Shown here one piece after another: positions 60,800 through 64,000 of a stretch of 64,000 nt of DNA. The number at the start of each line of letters is the position of its first letter. Position 1 is the stretch's first letter. Under the pieces are notes generated by a model. The model searched no databases. It was not told the origin of the DNA and worked only from the letters and a program-made list of their open reading frames with translations. The position numbers and the translations under genes were made by a program. The stretch comes from Candidatus Poribacteria bacterium (lineage in GTDB: Bacteria > Poribacteria > WGA-4E > PCPOR2b): positions 2,304,001 through 2,368,000 of the forward strand of contig OZ242351.1 in the NCBI GenBank assembly GCA_965208675.1. Direction: 5' to 3'.

Positions 60800-61576
60800 A
60801 TGTATAGATTTTTCATTAAACACGCTTTTTATTTGATCGCCCTCATAGCCATGATTGCCAATTCGGCGGTTTTCGCGGCGATAGATGGCAATTTAGTGGC
60901 ATACTGGGGTTGTGATGAGGGCTCTGGAAATACCCTCAACGATAGCGCCGGGGGACATACCGGTATGCTGTCAGCGGGCATTGCGTTTGTGGACGACACT
61001 CCCTCTAACTCTGGTACGGCGTTGGATTTTACGGCTGGCGGCGATCCTTTGATTACTGTGGAAGATGCGCCCGACCTCAACAACTGGGATCCTGGGTTCA
61101 CTGTTGCCATGTGGATTTGTCCTCGCGGCGGTGGCTCACTGATGGATAAGTCGGAGAGCGATGCTGTTAGAGTCCAATGGTATGTCCTGGGCGACCAACG
61201 CATGCATTGGGGTCATGGCGGCTCGTGGGGTTTCTCTGACGACATGCCGTTTCCCGCATTTGGCGAATGGCACCATGTCGCATGGACACACGACATGGCG
61301 CAGAGCGTCGTGTATATCGACGGCAACGTGGCGGGCACCACTGAATTCGAGGGGCCAATCCCTGACACCACGGGAGCCGTGTTATACTTTGGCAACCGTC
61401 TAGTCCATGAAGGGCGAGCGGAATGGTACAATGGGAAGATGGATGAAATCGGCCTATGGAACCGGGCACTATCCGCCGATGAAATCGGAGCGCTTGCCGG
61501 TGGGGAAATTCCCACGGCGGTCTTGCCGCAGGATAAACTCGCGACGACATGGGCGGACCTTAAATCTCACGATTAG
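60800..61576 (+). CDS. Secreted LamG-like jellyroll protein (paralog)
   Basis: Signal peptide, LVAYWGCDEGSG, EWHHVA, GKMDEIGLWNRALS, tail AVLPQDKLATTWADLK. Confidence 0.88.
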   Translation: MYRFFIKHAFYLIALIAMIANSAVFAAIDGNLVAYWGCDEGSGNTLNDSAGGHTGMLSAGIAFVDDTPSNSGTALDFTAGGDPLITVEDAPDLNNWDPGFTVAMWICPRGGGSLMDKSESDAVRVQWYVLGDQRMHWGHGGSWGFSDDMPFPAFGEWHHVAWTHDMAQSVVYIDGNVAGTTEFEGPIPDTTGAVLYFGNRLVHEGRAEWYNGKMDEIGLWNRALSADEIGALAGGEIPTAVLPQDKLATTWADLKSHD

Positions 61577-61749
61577 CCCGTGAGGTGTGTTTGCAAAGGT
61601 TTGCACGCAGTTTGAGGCTGAAATAAACTACCGGGGCAAATTTCAGATAAAGGAATTCAATTCAAATCCTATATCTGGGATTTGCCTTTTTTTCGTTAGT
61701 AGCGAATTTGGAGGGGAAAAAATCGCGGGAGAAATGCTAATCGAAAAGG

Positions 61750-63108
61750 CTATAGTTTCTTTGCTGCTTTAAATTTTTGGGTTGCAAACTGGCGCCACTC
61801 CTTGAGTTTGGTATTGCGATAATCCGGCTTGTGCCACTTGCTTTGGGCAATTCGCATGGCTTCTTCTTCTGAAATTGGTAATTCGACCAGCTTTCGGATT
61901 GCCGCCTGCCGTTTTTCCATATCTCTTGTTTCATTAATGGCTTTCCACGCATTGACCAAATCTCTGTGCGAGTCAATGACGAGCGCGCCGATAAGATCGC
62001 TCACAATGTCCCAACGCTTCCCACCCTTCTCTGCATTATACCGAATGGGTGTCAGTTTTAGTTCAAACGGATTCGATACTGCGCAGCGTTCACCGAGTTC
62101 ATAATAGAGGGTAGGAATCACGCTGCAACGGTTCAATTCATACTCTTTGGGACCGTCGGGATCGGTAATAGGCAACATCCATAGCTTTTGCCCTTCATCC
62201 GAAAGCACAAACTCGATGAACTGTTGAGCCGCTTCCAAATTCGGCGCACCTTTCAGTATCGCTATGGAATCCGGGCCCACAACGGCTGCATCCGACGGCA
62301 CGATATATCCGATCGCATCCGCTCCAATTACAGCAATCTCCGCATAGGCGTAAAAATCGATTGCCATTCCATAGATAACTTGCCCCGACGTAACATCTCT
62401 GGGAATCCTACTCGAGGCAGCGGGGAACATTCTGACATTTGCACCCAATTGCGTAATTAACGCAAACCCTTTTTCCCAACCGTAGCCCTGAAGGATGATT
62501 TCGTACATCATGTGCGCGCTGCCGCTTTCGCGCGGGTCTGCCGCACCCACTCGGCCAATCAATTCGGGGCGCGTCAAATCTTTCCATGTTCGGACTTCGG
62601 GCAAGCCGAGACGTTGACGAAGGTTTTCATTGTACATGATCCCGAAACTTGATAGCGCTGTGCCATACCATCGATATTCCGTATCATACACGGGAATCCC
62701 ATAGAACGCTTTAGGAATTCCATGCAATTGTTCTGCAGGCAGTTTGTACGGAACTAGCAGACCTCTGTCGGCAAGCTTGAGGTAATTATCCGTCCCTCCC
62801 CCAAAAAAAAGATCGATGCCGATGCCTCCGGGAACACGCTGAAATTCGGATTCGATAAATCGAAAATTGGACGATGTCCCACCTGAATCTATCCAATCAA
62901 GAGTAATCTGCCTTCCAATTTTGTTTTCGTACCACTCCCTGAAACTCCTGCTAAATTCCGTTTCGATTCCCTCCCAGTGCGGGGAAATAATCACTAGATT
63001 GTCCTGGGCAGTCGCTGCGTCGGTCAAGCAAAGGATAACGGTGAAACTGAACAACAGAATTACCGCACAGATTGGGGTACAGTTTTGCGCTCGCATAGGC
63101 AAATCCAT
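61750..63108 (-). CDS. ABC transporter substrate-binding protein (iron/thiamine-like cluster)
   Basis: Signal peptide; LVIISPH, IDLFFGGG, ADPRESGS, AIDFYA, DSIAILKGAPNLEAAQQFIEF. Confidence 0.85.
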   Translation of the reverse strand: MDLPMRAQNCTPICAVILLFSFTVILCLTDAATAQDNLVIISPHWEGIETEFSRSFREWYENKIGRQITLDWIDSGGTSSNFRFIESEFQRVPGGIGIDLFFGGGTDNYLKLADRGLLVPYKLPAEQLHGIPKAFYGIPVYDTEYRWYGTALSSFGIMYNENLRQRLGLPEVRTWKDLTRPELIGRVGAADPRESGSAHMMYEIILQGYGWEKGFALITQLGANVRMFPAASSRIPRDVTSGQVIYGMAIDFYAYAEIAVIGADAIGYIVPSDAAVVGPDSIAILKGAPNLEAAQQFIEFVLSDEGQKLWMLPITDPDGPKEYELNRCSVIPTLYYELGERCAVSNPFELKLTPIRYNAEKGGKRWDIVSDLIGALVIDSHRDLVNAWKAINETRDMEKRQAAIRKLVELPISEEEAMRIAQSKWHKPDYRNTKLKEWRQFATQKFKAAKKL

Positions 63109-63547
63109 AAATTAAAGACTTAAAAAAACGGATAGAAAAAAACGGCGAGATAATCAGAAGGGTAAATGGCGGGTGATTGTAGGCATTTGCCACATCAACA
63201 CCAAAATCACGGAGAGAAGAATCATATACCATACAACTCGCTTCCATGAACCACGTCTTCTACCTTGGTCAAGGCGGTTTGAAATCTTCATGGTGTCGTA
63301 CCTGCTGTGTTTCGAAAAGTAAAGTTCTTCGTAAGATTATGCGCCGCTAATTTCGGTGCAAATTTCAATCCTTGGCTTTGAACATTTGGGACGCAACCAT
63401 GCCACAAACTCAACCCGCGTCACAATAGAACACCGCCTCAACTTGTCGACTACGTCTTTTACGGTTGCGCATCTGATAAAGAACTAATGCGATATCACAC
63501 CTGATTGGATGTGCAAAACCAATTTTTCTGAAATTGTGTGATAACTG

Positions 63548-64000
63548 CTAATTCCTGTGCTGTTCCGCGGGAATTACCGACTTTATCTGGCGGGCATGGA
63601 TTACGGAAATACCGTAACTGAAAACTTCCTCGACAGAAAATTCAAACCCGCTATGGTGGATTTTCTCACCCTGTTCCGGCAATCGACCGAATAGGCTCAA
63701 GATGAGCCCACCGATTGTATCACATCGATCACTCTTAATGTTTGTGCCGAATGATGAATTAATCATATCTATTGATGTCCGCGCATCAACAATCCATGAA
63801 CCGTTGTCGAGGAGTTCAACCGGCGGGGTATGCCGTTTGTGATTGTAACGTATCTCACCTACGATTTGCTCAATTATGTCTTCCAAAGTGACAAATCCAA
63901 CGCACCCTGCATGCTCATCAATGACAATTGCAATGGGGTCTTCAGCGATACGCAGCTCCTCAAGTAGATCACTCGTGAGTTTTGTCTCGGGGACATAGTA
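63548..64000 (-). CDS. Hemolysin/CorC family CBS-domain protein, 3' part
   Basis: Frame open to the window edge: YVPETK...AIVIDEHAG..GFVTLEDIIEQIVGEI, then CorC domain DTIGGLI..FGRLPEQGE. Confidence 0.88.
   Translation of the reverse strand, partial: YYVPETKLTSDLLEELRIAEDPIAIVIDEHAGCVGFVTLEDIIEQIVGEIRYNHKRHTPPVELLDNGSWIVDARTSIDMINSSFGTNIKSDRCDTIGGLILSLFGRLPEQGEKIHHSGFEFSVEEVFSYGISVIHARQIKSVIPAEQHRN

Noticed and set aside
63109-63547. ncRNA or small gene in the long intergenic region
   Set aside because: No convincing structure, RBS-ORF pair or known motif was visible.
1-64000. Genome-wide reassignment of TAG or TAA
   Set aside because: TAG ends ileS, pup, recA and pgsA at expected lengths and TAA ends leuC, leuD and pafA, so both are normal stops.

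Overview
Bacterial chromosomal window, probably Candidatus Poribacteria. This is inferred from two secreted LamG proteins ending in 'AVxPQxKLATTWAxLK' and from a DUF6785-type membrane protein. Core genes are ileS (5'-truncated, with a non-canonical GVHH motif), purD, ftsY, leuCD, ppdK and a lolA-like/pgsA/thpR/recA run. The window carries a complete actinobacterial-style Pup-proteasome operon (arc-dop-pup[GGQ]-prcB-prcA-pafA), an NfeD/flotillin operon, an AtuA pair, a CoxMSL-like molybdenum hydroxylase with a MoaD-like protein, sodC and ABC binding proteins. Two AT-richer accessory islands (about 15.8-20.1 kb and 47.6-55.4 kb) hold defence-like genes. In the second, a fused R-M gene and its S subunit are separated by a HEPN-like gene bracketed by GTAG-type REP hairpins inside a decayed REP-associated tyrosine transposase. 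Four otherwise intact genes each carry a single in-frame stop (two TAG, both in a CTAGGA context, and two TAA). Several REP/MITE-like palindrome families occur between genes. No rRNA, complete tRNA or CRISPR array was seen. All family assignments come from motif recognition by eye; no searches were run.
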